DNA of 64,000 nucleotides, from NCBI GenBank assembly GCA_040902655.1, contig JBBDWV010000058.1:1013-65012 (forward strand), given 5' to 3'. Below the pieces are notes generated by a model. It worked only from the letters and a program-made list of their open reading frames with translations, was not told the DNA's origin and ran no database searches. Below are positions 18,226-27,682 of this stretch, one piece after another. How positions within the stretch are numbered: the stretch's first letter is position 1; each line of letters begins with the position of its first letter. Source of the stretch: Mycobacteriales bacterium (GTDB taxonomy: Bacteria > Actinomycetota > Actinomycetes > Mycobacteriales > SCTD01). The position numbers and the translations under genes are program-made.

Positions 18226-18255
18226 GTCCGGCGGCTGCGACGTAGAGTTTCCCCG

Positions 18256-19266
18256 GTGAAGGCTCCCCTGATCGACGTCCCGGTGAGGGCGCCGCTGGTC
18301 GACGGCTTCGGCCGCGTGCACACCGACCTGCGGCTGTCCCTGACGGACCGCTGCAACCTGCGCTGCACCTACTGCATGCCCGCCCAGGGCCTGGACTGGC
18401 TGGCCAAGCCGGAACTGCTGACCGACGACGAGTTGGTGCGCCTGGTCGGCGTGCTCGCCGGGATGGGTGTCCGGACGGTCCGCCTCACCGGCGGCGAGCC
18501 GCTGCTGCGTCCCGGCCTGCCCGGGCTGATCGCCCGCCTCGCCTCGCTCGGCGTCGCCCTGTCGCTGACCACGAACGGCCTGGGGCTGGCCCGCCAGGCG
18601 CAGGCGCTGCGGGACGCCGGCCTGCGACGGGTCAACATCAGTCTGGACAGCCTGCGACCCGAACGGTTCGCCGAGCTGACCCGCCGGGACCGGCTGCCGG
18701 ACGTGCTGGCGGGGCTGGCGGCCGCCAAGGCCGCGGGGCTCGAGCCGGTGAAGGTCAACGCCGTGCTCATGCGCGGCGTCAACGACGACGAGGCCGCCGA
18801 CCTGCTGGAGTGGGCGCTCGGACAGGGCTATGCGCTCCGCTTCATCGAGCAGATGCCGCTGGACCCGCAGCACGGGTGGGACCGGGCGACGATGCTGGAC
18901 GCCGAGGAGATCCTGGCCCGGCTGGGCGAGCGGTGGTCGCTGACGCCGGTCGAGCACCGTGGCAGCGCACCGGCCGAGGAGTTCCTGATCGACGGCGGGC
19001 CGGCCACGGTCGGGGTCGTCGGCTCGGTCACCCGGCCGTTCTGCTCGGCCTGCGACCGGCTGCGGCTGACCGCCGACGGCCAGGTGCGCAACTGCCTGTT
19101 CGCCCGTGAGGAGTCCGATCTGCGGACGGCGCTGCGGGACGGGGCCGGGAACGACGAGCTGGCCGAGCGGCTGCGCGCAGCGGTCGCCGGGAAGAAGCAG
19201 GGCCACGGCATCGGCGAGCCGGGCTTCGTCCAGCCGGACCGGCCGATGTCGGCGATCGGCGGCTGA
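18256..19266 (+). CDS. moaA: GTP 3',8-cyclase (molybdenum cofactor biosynthesis)
   Basis: TDRCNLRCTYCMP radical-SAM motif, FCSACDRLRLTADG, C-terminal IGG. Confidence 0.95.
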   Translation: MKAPLIDVPVRAPLVDGFGRVHTDLRLSLTDRCNLRCTYCMPAQGLDWLAKPELLTDDELVRLVGVLAGMGVRTVRLTGGEPLLRPGLPGLIARLASLGVALSLTTNGLGLARQAQALRDAGLRRVNISLDSLRPERFAELTRRDRLPDVLAGLAAAKAAGLEPVKVNAVLMRGVNDDEAADLLEWALGQGYALRFIEQMPLDPQHGWDRATMLDAEEILARLGERWSLTPVEHRGSAPAEEFLIDGGPATVGVVGSVTRPFCSACDRLRLTADGQVRNCLFAREESDLRTALRDGAGNDELAERLRAAVAGKKQGHGIGEPGFVQPDRPMSAIGG

Positions 19267-19361
19267 GCCGCAGGGCCGGCTGTGCACAGCCGCGGGACGC
19301 TGGAGAAGGCGGGTCCGGCCGCGCGGGCACAAGGCCGACGTGCCGCGCGTTGTCACAGGCC

Positions 19362-19733
19362 ATGGAGGAGAACCGCGCCCGGCGCGTCGTCGAGGGCCTG
19401 CGCAACCACGGCGTACCCGCCTCGCTCAAGAAGGCCGGTGTCTACCACTTCGGCGTCGTCGTGACGCTGCCGGACGGTCGTGAGGCGGTCTGGGATTCGG
19501 ACGGCAGCGCCGGGCTCGAGGCCACAGTCATGGCCGACGGGATGCTGCGCGGCTTCGTGCCCACGATCCCGGGTTCCGAGGACTTCACCGAGGAGCAGGT
19601 CGTCGAGGCGATCTGGCACACCGACTACGACCGGCCGGTGGCACGTCGCAGGGAGACCGCGCCGCCCAGCGCTCCGCCGCTCCCGCCGGAGGGCGGCGTC
19701 TTCCGCCGGTTCCTGGGCGGCTTCCGCCACTGA
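19362..19733 (+). CDS. Hypothetical protein
   Basis: Coherent GC-biased ORF (LPDGREAVWDSDGSAGLEATVMADGMLRGFVPTIPGSEDF). No family recognised. Confidence 0.6.
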   Translation: MEENRARRVVEGLRNHGVPASLKKAGVYHFGVVVTLPDGREAVWDSDGSAGLEATVMADGMLRGFVPTIPGSEDFTEEQVVEAIWHTDYDRPVARRRETAPPSAPPLPPEGGVFRRFLGGFRH

Positions 19734-19766
19734 CGGCGTCGCTCGGCCGGGGCGCCGCCGGCTGGC

Positions 19767-20549
19767 TCAGCAGATGCGGCGCAGGAACGGGTACGGGTTG
19801 ATCGAGCGGCCGTCGACATGTCGCTCGAAGTGGACGTGCGGCGCGCTGGCCGGGGCGTTGCCGCTGGTGCCGACACGGGCGATGAGCTCCCCCGCCTCCA
19901 CCCGCTCACCGCTGCTGGCGATGTTCTTGGAATTGTGGGCATAGAAGTAGGTCTCGCCGTTGGTGGCCCGCAGGTAGAGCGAGATCCCGCCGGCAGAACT
20001 CGACGCGGTGCGGACCGTGCCGTTCGCGACGGCGTAGACCGGTGCGCCGTACCGCGCCATCAGGTCGGTGCCCCGGTGGCTCCGCCCGCCGGAGCGCGGG
20101 GCACCCCAGGTGTCGGTGAAGCTGGCACTCGGAACCGGGCAGGTCCCGCTGCTCCCTCGGGCTGCCCGGGAAGCGGCAGCCTCCTGCGCGGCCTTCTCCT
20201 GCGCGGCCTTCTCCTTGGCGGCCGTCGCACGCTCCTCGGCCGCCTTCGCCTTCGCCTCGGCCGCCGCCTCGGCCTTCGCCGCAGCCTCCGCCTTGACCGC
20301 TGCTTCGCCCCCTGCCTGCGCCAGTGTCTCGGCCACATCGATCCGGCGGGAGCGGGATGCCCGGTCGTCGCGTGCCGCGGCGTCCTCGGCGGCCAGCTCG
20401 GTCACGGGGATGTTGGCGTAGGCGAGCACCCCCGGCGCATCCTCGGGCGCGAGCACGGCCAGTCCGCCGAAGGCGGCTGCGCTGGCGGACAGCAGCAGAG
20501 CCGGCAGGGCGCGGGCGCGCAGGCCGGGCGCCGGCTTGGCGTGCAGCAA
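19767..20549 (-). CDS. M23-family metallo-endopeptidase with N-terminal hydrophobic segment and Ala/Lys/Glu-rich stalk
   Basis: HRGTD (HxxxD), YAH and PHVHFE (HxH) motifs. Start (TTG at 20549) is uncertain. Confidence 0.88.
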   Translation of the reverse strand: MLHAKPAPGLRARALPALLLSASAAAFGGLAVLAPEDAPGVLAYANIPVTELAAEDAAARDDRASRSRRIDVAETLAQAGGEAAVKAEAAAKAEAAAEAKAKAAEERATAAKEKAAQEKAAQEAAASRAARGSSGTCPVPSASFTDTWGAPRSGGRSHRGTDLMARYGAPVYAVANGTVRTASSSAGGISLYLRATNGETYFYAHNSKNIASSGERVEAGELIARVGTSGNAPASAPHVHFERHVDGRSINPYPFLRRIC

Positions 20550-20748
20550 GACAAGATCCCCAGAACGACGGCGGCGGGCTGACCCGCACCGTACCAAGCC
20601 GGACCAGATCACGGAACAGTGACGAACCGGTCACGACCGGCGTTTCAGGACGATCAGCAGGCCCAGCGGTACACGCGGTGGACGCCCGCGCCCTGGCCGG
20701 AGCCGGCGGGCCGCGCGAGCGGGGGCCGGAACCGGTCAGACTACGCGT

Positions 20749-21624
20749 ATGCCTGCGCGCTCCCGAACCGTCCCGGGCGACCCGCCCGCTCCTGTTCCGC
20801 CGCTGCCGTTGCCGCCCGGCCGGATCGTTCTCGTACCGGACCGCGGTGAGTTCTTCATCAGGGATTCCGGTGGTGACGGGCAGCCGGTGCTGCTGGTGCA
20901 CGGCTGGATGTTCCCCAGTGACCTCAACTGGCTGCACACCTACGGGCCGCTGCAGCGCGCGGGCTACCGGGTGCTCGCGATGGACCTGCGAGGCCACGGC
21001 CGCGGACTGCGCCCGGGCGTGCCGTTCCGGCTGACCGACTGCGCCGATGACGCCGCGGGCGTGCTGGCCACCCTGGGCCTGCCGCCCACCGTCGTGGTCG
21101 GCTACTCGATGGGCGGCCCGGTGACCCAGCTGCTGGCCCGCCGGCACCCGCAGCACGTGCACGGCTTCGTCCTGTGCGCGACCGCCCTCGACTGGAGCGA
21201 CCCGCGGCAGAAGGCGTTCTGGCGCACGATGGGCGCGCTCCGGCTGCTCCTCGGGCTGTTCCCGCAGGGGACGTGGCGGACCGGGATGCGGCTGGCGGGC
21301 GCCCGGTCGAGAGAGAGCAGCTGGGTCGCCTCGGAGCTGTCCCGTGGCAGTGCGGTCGATCTGGCCGAAGCCGGCCGCGAGTTGGGCCGCTTCGACAGCA
21401 CCGACTGGGCCGGCGAGCTGCCACAGCCGCGCAGCGTCGTCGTCACGACGCGGGACCGGCTGGTGCCACCGGGCAAGCAACGGGCGCTGGCGGCCGCCCT
21501 CGGAGTCGCTCCGGTCCTCGTGGACGCCGACCACGACGCCTGCTCGGTCGCCCCGGCACGTTTCACGGGCGCCCTGCTGCGGGCGCTCGGGACGGCCGGC
21601 GACAGAGGCCGCCGCTCGGCCTAG
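20749..21624 (+). CDS. Alpha/beta hydrolase
   Basis: LLVHGW, DLRGHG, GYSMGG nucleophile elbow, DADHD. Confidence 0.88.
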   Translation: MPARSRTVPGDPPAPVPPLPLPPGRIVLVPDRGEFFIRDSGGDGQPVLLVHGWMFPSDLNWLHTYGPLQRAGYRVLAMDLRGHGRGLRPGVPFRLTDCADDAAGVLATLGLPPTVVVGYSMGGPVTQLLARRHPQHVHGFVLCATALDWSDPRQKAFWRTMGALRLLLGLFPQGTWRTGMRLAGARSRESSWVASELSRGSAVDLAEAGRELGRFDSTDWAGELPQPRSVVVTTRDRLVPPGKQRALAAALGVAPVLVDADHDACSVAPARFTGALLRALGTAGDRGRRSA

Positions 21625-21637
21625 CCAGTCGACGTCG

Positions 21638-21850
21638 TCAGCCGGGCAGCGGGTCGACGCGCCGCAGGAAGCCCCGGATGTCCAGGTGGTCGGCGAGCGG
21701 CTGGCGGTGCTCGTCGCAGGCCGCCCACGTCTTCTCGCGGTCCGGGGTGTGCAGCTTCGGGTTGTTCCAGACCAGGACGTGGTGTGCGCGGTTCCGGCAG
21801 CCCTTCGCCGAGCACTGCACGTCCTCGGCCTGCGCGTCCCCGGACTCCAC
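21638..21850 (-). CDS. Small conserved actinobacterial Cys/His protein (about 70 aa)
   Basis: CSAKGC...VWNNPKLHTPDREKTWAACDEH, a pattern I recognise from actinobacterial hypothetical proteins. GTG at 21850. Confidence 0.7.
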   Translation of the reverse strand: MESGDAQAEDVQCSAKGCRNRAHHVLVWNNPKLHTPDREKTWAACDEHRQPLADHLDIRGFLRRVDPLPG

Positions 21851-21907
21851 GGGCCCCAGACTAGGGTCGTCGAGCCGCGACAGGCGCTGCGCGTACTCTC
21901 CTCGGCC

Positions 21908-22585
21908 GTGGACCTGGAGCGACGCAGGACAGAGGCGCAGTGGTACGCCGCGGAGTACCGCCAGCGGGCCAAGGCGAAGTGGTCGCTGCGCAGGGCGGCG
22001 GCCGTGGGGCGCAAGGCGATCGTGCTCGGGCGGCCGAAAGTGGACGCGACGGACCTCGAGATCGGCGACGACTTCAAGGTGTGGTCCGGCCATCGACAGA
22101 CGCTGATCAGCGGTTGGGGCCGCATCCGCATCGGCGACCGTGTCTTCGTGAACTGCGGGACCGTCCTGCTGTCGGTCCTCGAGGTGACGATCGGTGACGA
22201 CGTGGCGCTCGCGAACGAGGTCTACATCATGGACAGCAACAGCCACGGGGTGGAGGGCCGCCCGCACGTCGAGGCGCCCGTGCACATCGGCGACGGCACC
22301 TGGGTCGGCGCCCGGGCGATGATCCTGCCGGGTGTCACCGTCGGGAAGCGGGTCGTCGTGGCCGCCGGCGCCGTCGTCGCACGGAACGTGCCGGACGAGG
22401 TGCTGGTCGCCGGCAACCCGGCCCGGGTGGTGCGGGCGCTGGAGTACCCGCCCGGTTGCCGGCGCGCGTGGCACGACGCCTGGGGCTGCGTCTGCCCGAA
22501 GCTGGTCGCGGCACCGGAGTGTCGTGCTGAGGCGCAGGACACCTCCGCCGCCGATGAGGGCGCACCGGGGGAGCCGGCCGCCTGA
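21908..22585 (+). CDS. Hexapeptide-repeat (LbH) acyltransferase
   Basis: IRIGDRVFVN, VTIGDDVAL, VHIGDGTWVGARAMILPGVTVG, VAGNPARVV. Start is uncertain. Confidence 0.85.
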   Translation: MDLERRRTEAQWYAAEYRQRAKAKWSLRRAAAVGRKAIVLGRPKVDATDLEIGDDFKVWSGHRQTLISGWGRIRIGDRVFVNCGTVLLSVLEVTIGDDVALANEVYIMDSNSHGVEGRPHVEAPVHIGDGTWVGARAMILPGVTVGKRVVVAAGAVVARNVPDEVLVAGNPARVVRALEYPPGCRRAWHDAWGCVCPKLVAAPECRAEAQDTSAADEGAPGEPAA

Positions 22586-22613
22586 GCAGGCCCCGGGAGG
22601 GACCAGTGCGGGG

Positions 22614-23327
22614 TCAGCCGACAGCGGCCCGTCGCACCCGCAGCTCGTTCAGGTGCCCGGCGGCGGCTGCGGCCACCGCCACCGCGGCGACGAGCACGAC
22701 CAGTGCGGGCAGCCCGGCGGGGGCAGCGGGACGCGACGGCATCGCCGTTCCCTGCACGAGGGTCTCCGGGGCGGCCTGCGGCACCGACAGCCCCGGGAAC
22801 TCGAACGCGGGAGGGGCGGCCAGCATCGGCTGACCGAGCGGCGGGGCGACGAGCGTCCCCCGACCGGCGGGCGCCGAGGGTGCCCCGTCCGGCGCTGCCG
22901 GGCCGCTGCCGCCGCCTGCCGCGGTCGTGCTGCCGCCGGACGTGCGCTCGGCCGTGGCCGGCGCAGGTGCCGGTACGGGTGCGCTGCCCGACGCAGCCCG
23001 GGTGCCGCCGCCGGGGCGCGGAGCCGGCTGCGGCTGCGGGTCCGGGCCGGTGACCGGGTTGCCGGGCAGGGGAACGGGGACGGCCTCGACGACCTCGTCG
23101 ACGACCGCTCGCACGGGTGCGGGCAGCGAGGACAGGACCGGGTCGGGCGTCGGGGAGGGGCTCGGCGAGGGAGCGGGAAGCAGCGCCTCGACCGTTGGGT
23201 CCGTCACGGTCGTCAGCTGCGGCAGGCTCTCCTGTGCGAACGCCGGCCCGGCGCCCAGCGAGAGCGCCACGGCCACGAGGCCGACAGAAACGGTGCGGCA
23301 GGGGGTGGTGGACGTCCGACGGGTCAT
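22614..23327 (-). CDS. Pro/Ala-rich exported protein with signal peptide and C-terminal hydrophobic segment
   Basis: VGLVAVALSLGAGPAFA signal-like segment, low-complexity middle, terminal hydrophobic helix followed by basic residues. Confidence 0.55.
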   Translation of the reverse strand: MTRRTSTTPCRTVSVGLVAVALSLGAGPAFAQESLPQLTTVTDPTVEALLPAPSPSPSPTPDPVLSSLPAPVRAVVDEVVEAVPVPLPGNPVTGPDPQPQPAPRPGGGTRAASGSAPVPAPAPATAERTSGGSTTAAGGGSGPAAPDGAPSAPAGRGTLVAPPLGQPMLAAPPAFEFPGLSVPQAAPETLVQGTAMPSRPAAPAGLPALVVLVAAVAVAAAAAGHLNELRVRRAAVG

Positions 23328-23487
23328 GGGGGCCTCCTGCGGCGGTGCGCGCCCCCAGCGGAAACGCTGGTGGCCTGTCCGAGTCCAACGACTGTCGACG
23401 CCGAAGGGAACTGCTCCGATCGGGCGAACCCGCGCTCTTCGACCGCGAAGCGGGCAGGATGTCGGGGTGGCAGGCGACGCGACGACC

Positions 23488-23868
23488 GTGATCCGGCCCT
23501 CGGCGGTGCTCGGCGAGCATGCCGCGCGGATGGTCCTGGCCGAGCTGGAGAACCGCGACGTCTCGCGCGGCGGCGTGTGGAGCGCCAGCTCCGGGGTCTG
23601 GCAGCGCTACGACACGGCCTGGAGCGGTGTCAGTGGCACCCGCGGGACCTCGCAGCTGGTGGGGACGATCGCCGCGGTCTACGGCACACCCAGCAGGTAC
23701 GACATCACCATCTACCGGGTCACGACCACCGAGCACGGTCGCGCGCAGGGCTGGACCGTCGAGCGGCTGTGTGACGACGCCCTCCAGTACGCCGATCTCA
23801 CGCTGGCGACCTGCCCTCGGGCGGCGCTGGTCCTGCCACCGACGCCGGACCCGTTCCGCCGCCGGTAG
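23488..23868 (+). CDS. Hypothetical protein
   Basis: Compact globular-looking ORF (GGVWSASSGVWQRYD...GTIAAVYGTPSRYDITIYRV). No family recognised. Confidence 0.6.
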   Translation: MIRPSAVLGEHAARMVLAELENRDVSRGGVWSASSGVWQRYDTAWSGVSGTRGTSQLVGTIAAVYGTPSRYDITIYRVTTTEHGRAQGWTVERLCDDALQYADLTLATCPRAALVLPPTPDPFRRR

Positions 23869-23891
23869 CCCTCCTGGGGCAGGCTCGGGAC

Positions 23892-24932
23892 GTGACCGCA
23901 GCGACCGACGGCGACAGCAACCTGCCGCCGCCGGTGGACGCCCTGCTGCTGGTCTCCTTCGGCGGGCCCGAGGGGCCGCAGGACGTCACGCCGTTCCTGC
24001 AGAACGTCACCCGCGGGCGCGACATCCCGCCGGCGCGGCTCGAGCAGGTCGCCCGGCACTACCTGGACACCTTCGGCGGTGTCAGCCCGATCAACGCGCA
24101 GGTGCGCGCGCTGAAGGCGGCGCTCGAGGCCGAGCTCGCCGAGCGGGGCCCGGACCTGCCGGTCTACTGGGGCAACCGCAACTGGCACCCCCTGCTGACC
24201 GAGGCACTGACGCGGCTGCGAGACGACGGGCGGCGACACGCCCTCGCGATCGTGACGAGCGCCTTCCCGTCCTACAGCGGCTGCCGGCAGTACCGCGAGG
24301 ACTGGGAGCGGGCCCGTGCCGAGATTCGTGGCGCGCCACTGGTCAGCAAGCTGCGGCACTACTGGGCGGAGGACGGTTTCCTGTCGCCGATGGCCCACCA
24401 CGTCCAGGCCGTCGTCCCTGCGCCGGACGCCCGACTGGTGTTCACCGCCCACTCCGTCCCGACCGTCCTCGCCGACACGAGCGGACCGAGTGGCGGTGCG
24501 TACGTGGAAGCCCTGGGCCGGGCAGCGGCCGGGGTCGTGCGGCGGCTCGGGCGGCCGTACGCGTGGGACCTGGTCTTCCAGTCGCGCAGCGGCCCGCCGT
24601 CCGTGCCCTGGCTGGAGCCGGACGTCGGCGACCACCTGCGGGCTCTGCACGCCCGGGGCGTCCGCGAGGTGGTGCTGGTCCCCATCGGCTTCACCAGCGA
24701 CCACGTCGAGGTGCTGTATGACCTGGATGTGCAGGCGCAGCAGCAGGTCTCGCACCTCACCGACTTCGTCGTCAAGCGGGCCGCGACGGTCGGTACCGAC
24801 CCGCAGTTCGTGGCGATGCTGCGCGACCTGGTGGTCGAGCGGCTCCAGGGGCCGGAGCTGGCCTCCCACGGCGACCTGGCGACGCACGACCGCTGCCCGA
24901 GGAGCTGCTGTCCACCGCCGCCGCACCGGTAG
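23892..24932 (+). CDS. hemH: Ferrochelatase (actinobacterial type, C-terminal CxxxCC)
   Basis: LLVSFGGPEGP, GNRNWHP, FTAHSVP, QSRSGPP, PIGFTSDHVEVLYDLD, CPRSCC. Confidence 0.93.
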   Translation: MTAATDGDSNLPPPVDALLLVSFGGPEGPQDVTPFLQNVTRGRDIPPARLEQVARHYLDTFGGVSPINAQVRALKAALEAELAERGPDLPVYWGNRNWHPLLTEALTRLRDDGRRHALAIVTSAFPSYSGCRQYREDWERARAEIRGAPLVSKLRHYWAEDGFLSPMAHHVQAVVPAPDARLVFTAHSVPTVLADTSGPSGGAYVEALGRAAAGVVRRLGRPYAWDLVFQSRSGPPSVPWLEPDVGDHLRALHARGVREVVLVPIGFTSDHVEVLYDLDVQAQQQVSHLTDFVVKRAATVGTDPQFVAMLRDLVVERLQGPELASHGDLATHDRCPRSCCPPPPHR

Positions 24933-24942
24933 CGTCGCGTCG

Positions 24943-26487
24943 GTGAGCTGGTGGCGCAACGCGGTCGTCTACGAGGTCTACATCCGCTCGTACGCCGACA
25001 GCGACGGGGACGGGGTCGGTGACCTCGCCGGCGTCCGGTCCCGACTCCCGCACCTGGTCGATCTCGGCGTCGACGCGATATGGCTGACGCCCTTCTACCG
25101 CTCGCCGATGCGGGACCACGGCTACGACGTGGCGGACTACTACGACGTGGACCCGCTGTTCGGCGACCTGGCCGCCTTCGACCGGCTGCTGGCCGACGCC
25201 CACGCCAGCGGCCTGCGGGTTCTCGTCGACGTCGTGCCGAACCACACGTCGGACCGGCACGCCTGGTTCCGGGAGGCGCTGGCCGACCCGCAGTCGCCGA
25301 TGCGGCGGCGCTACTGGTTCCGCGACGGGCACGGCGACCAGCCGCCGAACAACTGGCAGAGCGTGTTCGGCGGGCCGGCCTGGACCCGCGACGAGACGAC
25401 CGGGCAGTGGTACCTGCACCTGTTCGACAGCAGCCAGCCCGACCTCGACTGGGGTGACCGGACCGTGCACGAGGAGTTCCTGCGCATCCTGCGCTTCTGG
25501 CTGGACCGCGGCGTGGACGGCTTCCGGATCGACGTGGCGCACGCGCTCTACAAGCGACCGGACCTGGCCGACGACCCGACGGCCGGACAGGCAGCCGGCC
25601 TGCACGACGACGACCACGCCCACATCTGGGACCGCGACGAGGTGCTCGAGGTCTACCGCGAGTGGCGCCGGCTGCTCGACGGCTACGACGGCGAACGGAT
25701 GATGGTCGGCGAGGTCTTCCTCTACGACGTGCCGCGGGTCGCCTGCTACGTCGGCGACGACAGGCTGCACCAGGCCTTCAACTTCACCGTGTTCAAGGCG
25801 CCGTGGGGGGCTGTGGCGCTGCGTGACGTGGTCGAGCGGGCCCTGGTCGCCTTCACCCCGGCCACCTGGGTCCTGTCCAACCACGACCTGCCACGGCACG
25901 TGTCCCGCTACGGCGGTGGCGAGCTGGGCCGGCGGCGGGGGCTGGCCGTGACGGCGCTGCTGCTCGCGCTCCCGGGCTCGTACTACCTCTACCAGGGCGA
26001 GGAGCTGGGTCTGGAGGAGGTCGACGTCCCGGACGACCGGCGTCAGGACCCGGTCTGGCTGCGGACCGGCGGCGCCCGGCCCGGGCGGGACGGCTGCCGG
26101 ACACCGATGCCGTGGTCGGCCTGCGAGCCCGGCTTCGGTTTCAGCACCGGCGAGCCGTGGCTGCCGTTCGCTGCGGACAGCGCGGCGCTTGCCGTCGAGG
26201 TCCAGCGACGCGACCCGGCCTCGACGCTGTCGGCCTACCGCCGGCTGCTGGCCGCCCGCAGGGCGCTGCTGCAGGACGACCTCGGCGGCGACGTCGTGTT
26301 CCTCGAACTCGGGCCGGACCTGCTCGCATTCCGGCGGGGCTCCCTGCTCGCGGTCCTGAACACCGCCGGCGAGCCGGTGCAGGTGGAGCTGGAGGGAAAG
26401 CTGCTGGAGGCAACCGCCGAGGGTGCCGAGACCGACGGGCGGGTGCTCGTCCTGCCGGCCGCCTCCACCGTCTGGCTGCGCGGCTAG
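24943..26487 (+). CDS. GH13 alpha-glucosidase
   Basis: YEVYIRSYADSDGDGVGDL, DVVPNH, GFRIDVAH, SNHD, YQGEELG, RDGCRTPMPW. Confidence 0.92.
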   Translation: MSWWRNAVVYEVYIRSYADSDGDGVGDLAGVRSRLPHLVDLGVDAIWLTPFYRSPMRDHGYDVADYYDVDPLFGDLAAFDRLLADAHASGLRVLVDVVPNHTSDRHAWFREALADPQSPMRRRYWFRDGHGDQPPNNWQSVFGGPAWTRDETTGQWYLHLFDSSQPDLDWGDRTVHEEFLRILRFWLDRGVDGFRIDVAHALYKRPDLADDPTAGQAAGLHDDDHAHIWDRDEVLEVYREWRRLLDGYDGERMMVGEVFLYDVPRVACYVGDDRLHQAFNFTVFKAPWGAVALRDVVERALVAFTPATWVLSNHDLPRHVSRYGGGELGRRRGLAVTALLLALPGSYYLYQGEELGLEEVDVPDDRRQDPVWLRTGGARPGRDGCRTPMPWSACEPGFGFSTGEPWLPFAADSAALAVEVQRRDPASTLSAYRRLLAARRALLQDDLGGDVVFLELGPDLLAFRRGSLLAVLNTAGEPVQVELEGKLLEATAEGAETDGRVLVLPAASTVWLRG

Positions 26488-26506
26488 CGCCTGGAGGGCT
26501 GCGCGG

Positions 26507-27682
26507 TCAGAGCCCGTCCGCCGCGTCGGCCGCCTCGACCTCCTCGCGGGGAACCCCGAGCAGGAACAGCACCGCGTCCAGGAACGGCACCGACAGCGCG
26601 GCGTCGGCCGCCTCGCGCACCACCGGCTTGGCGTTGAAGGCGATCCCGAGCCCGGCCGCCGCGAGCATGTCCAGGTCGTTGGCGCCGTCACCGATCGCCA
26701 CCGTCTGGGCCATCGTGACGCCCTGCAGGGCGGCGAACTCGCGCAGCGCCTCCGCCTTGCGGGCGCGATCCACCACCCGGCCGAGCACCCGGCCGGTCAG
26801 CCTGCCGTCGACCACCTCGAGGGTGTTCGACATCGCATGGTCCAAGCCCAGCTCGGCAACCAGATCGTCGGTCACGCAGGTGAACCCACCGCTGACGATG
26901 CCGACCGCACAACCCAGGCGCTTGAGGGTCCGCACCAGGGTCCGGCCGCCGGGGGTGAGCCGCACCTGTGCCCGGACCGCGTCGACCGCCGACATCGGGA
27001 GCCCCTCGAGCAGCGCGACGCGCGCCCGGAGCGAGGCCTCGAAGTCCAGCTCGCCGGCCATCGCCGCCGCGGTGATCCGGGCGACCTCGGCCTCGCAGCC
27101 GGCCTGCGCCGCGAGCATCTCGATCACCTCGCCCTGCACCAGGGTCGAGTCGACGTCCAGCACCACCAGGCGGCGCGCCCGCCGCCACAGCGTCGCCTGC
27201 TCCACGGCGACGTCGATCCGTTGCGCCACCGCCTCTGCCGCCAACTCCGCCCTGAGCCGGGCGGTCTCGCCACCTGAGACCAGCAGCTCGTAGGCGGCGA
27301 TCGGGTAGGACGACAGCCGCAGCACCCGCTCGATGTTGGCGCCGCAGGCGGCGAGGCGCCGGGCGACCGCGGCGAAGGCGGCCGGTTCCAGCGGCGCGCC
27401 GAGCACGGTCACGTGGTGGCGGCCGTGCCGCACCGGCGGCTCGTCGTCGTCCAGCGGGGTGAACGCCACCTCGACCGACAGCTCGCCGGCCCGCGCCTCC
27501 AGCGCCGCCCGCAGCAGGCCACCGTCGCCGGGGCCGGAGACGGCGACGCCGAGCAGCAGCCGCTCGTGCACCACGACCTGCTCGACGTCGGAGATCACCG
27601 CGCCGCGCTCGGCCAGCACGTCGAACAGGGCGGCCGTGACCCCCGGATGATCCGGGCCGGTGACCGTCAGGAGCAGGCTCAT
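26507..27682 (-). CDS. serB: Phosphoserine phosphatase with ACT domains
   Basis: TGPDHPGVT ACT motif, DVDSTL, SGGF, GDGANDL. Confidence 0.93.
   Translation of the reverse strand: MSLLLTVTGPDHPGVTAALFDVLAERGAVISDVEQVVVHERLLLGVAVSGPGDGGLLRAALEARAGELSVEVAFTPLDDDEPPVRHGRHHVTVLGAPLEPAAFAAVARRLAACGANIERVLRLSSYPIAAYELLVSGGETARLRAELAAEAVAQRIDVAVEQATLWRRARRLVVLDVDSTLVQGEVIEMLAAQAGCEAEVARITAAAMAGELDFEASLRARVALLEGLPMSAVDAVRAQVRLTPGGRTLVRTLKRLGCAVGIVSGGFTCVTDDLVAELGLDHAMSNTLEVVDGRLTGRVLGRVVDRARKAEALREFAALQGVTMAQTVAIGDGANDLDMLAAAGLGIAFNAKPVVREAADAALSVPFLDAVLFLLGVPREEVEAADAADGL

Noticed and set aside
20550-20748. c-di-AMP (ydaO) riboswitch upstream of the M23 peptidase
   Set aside because: The conserved ydaO sequence blocks were not found on the minus strand.
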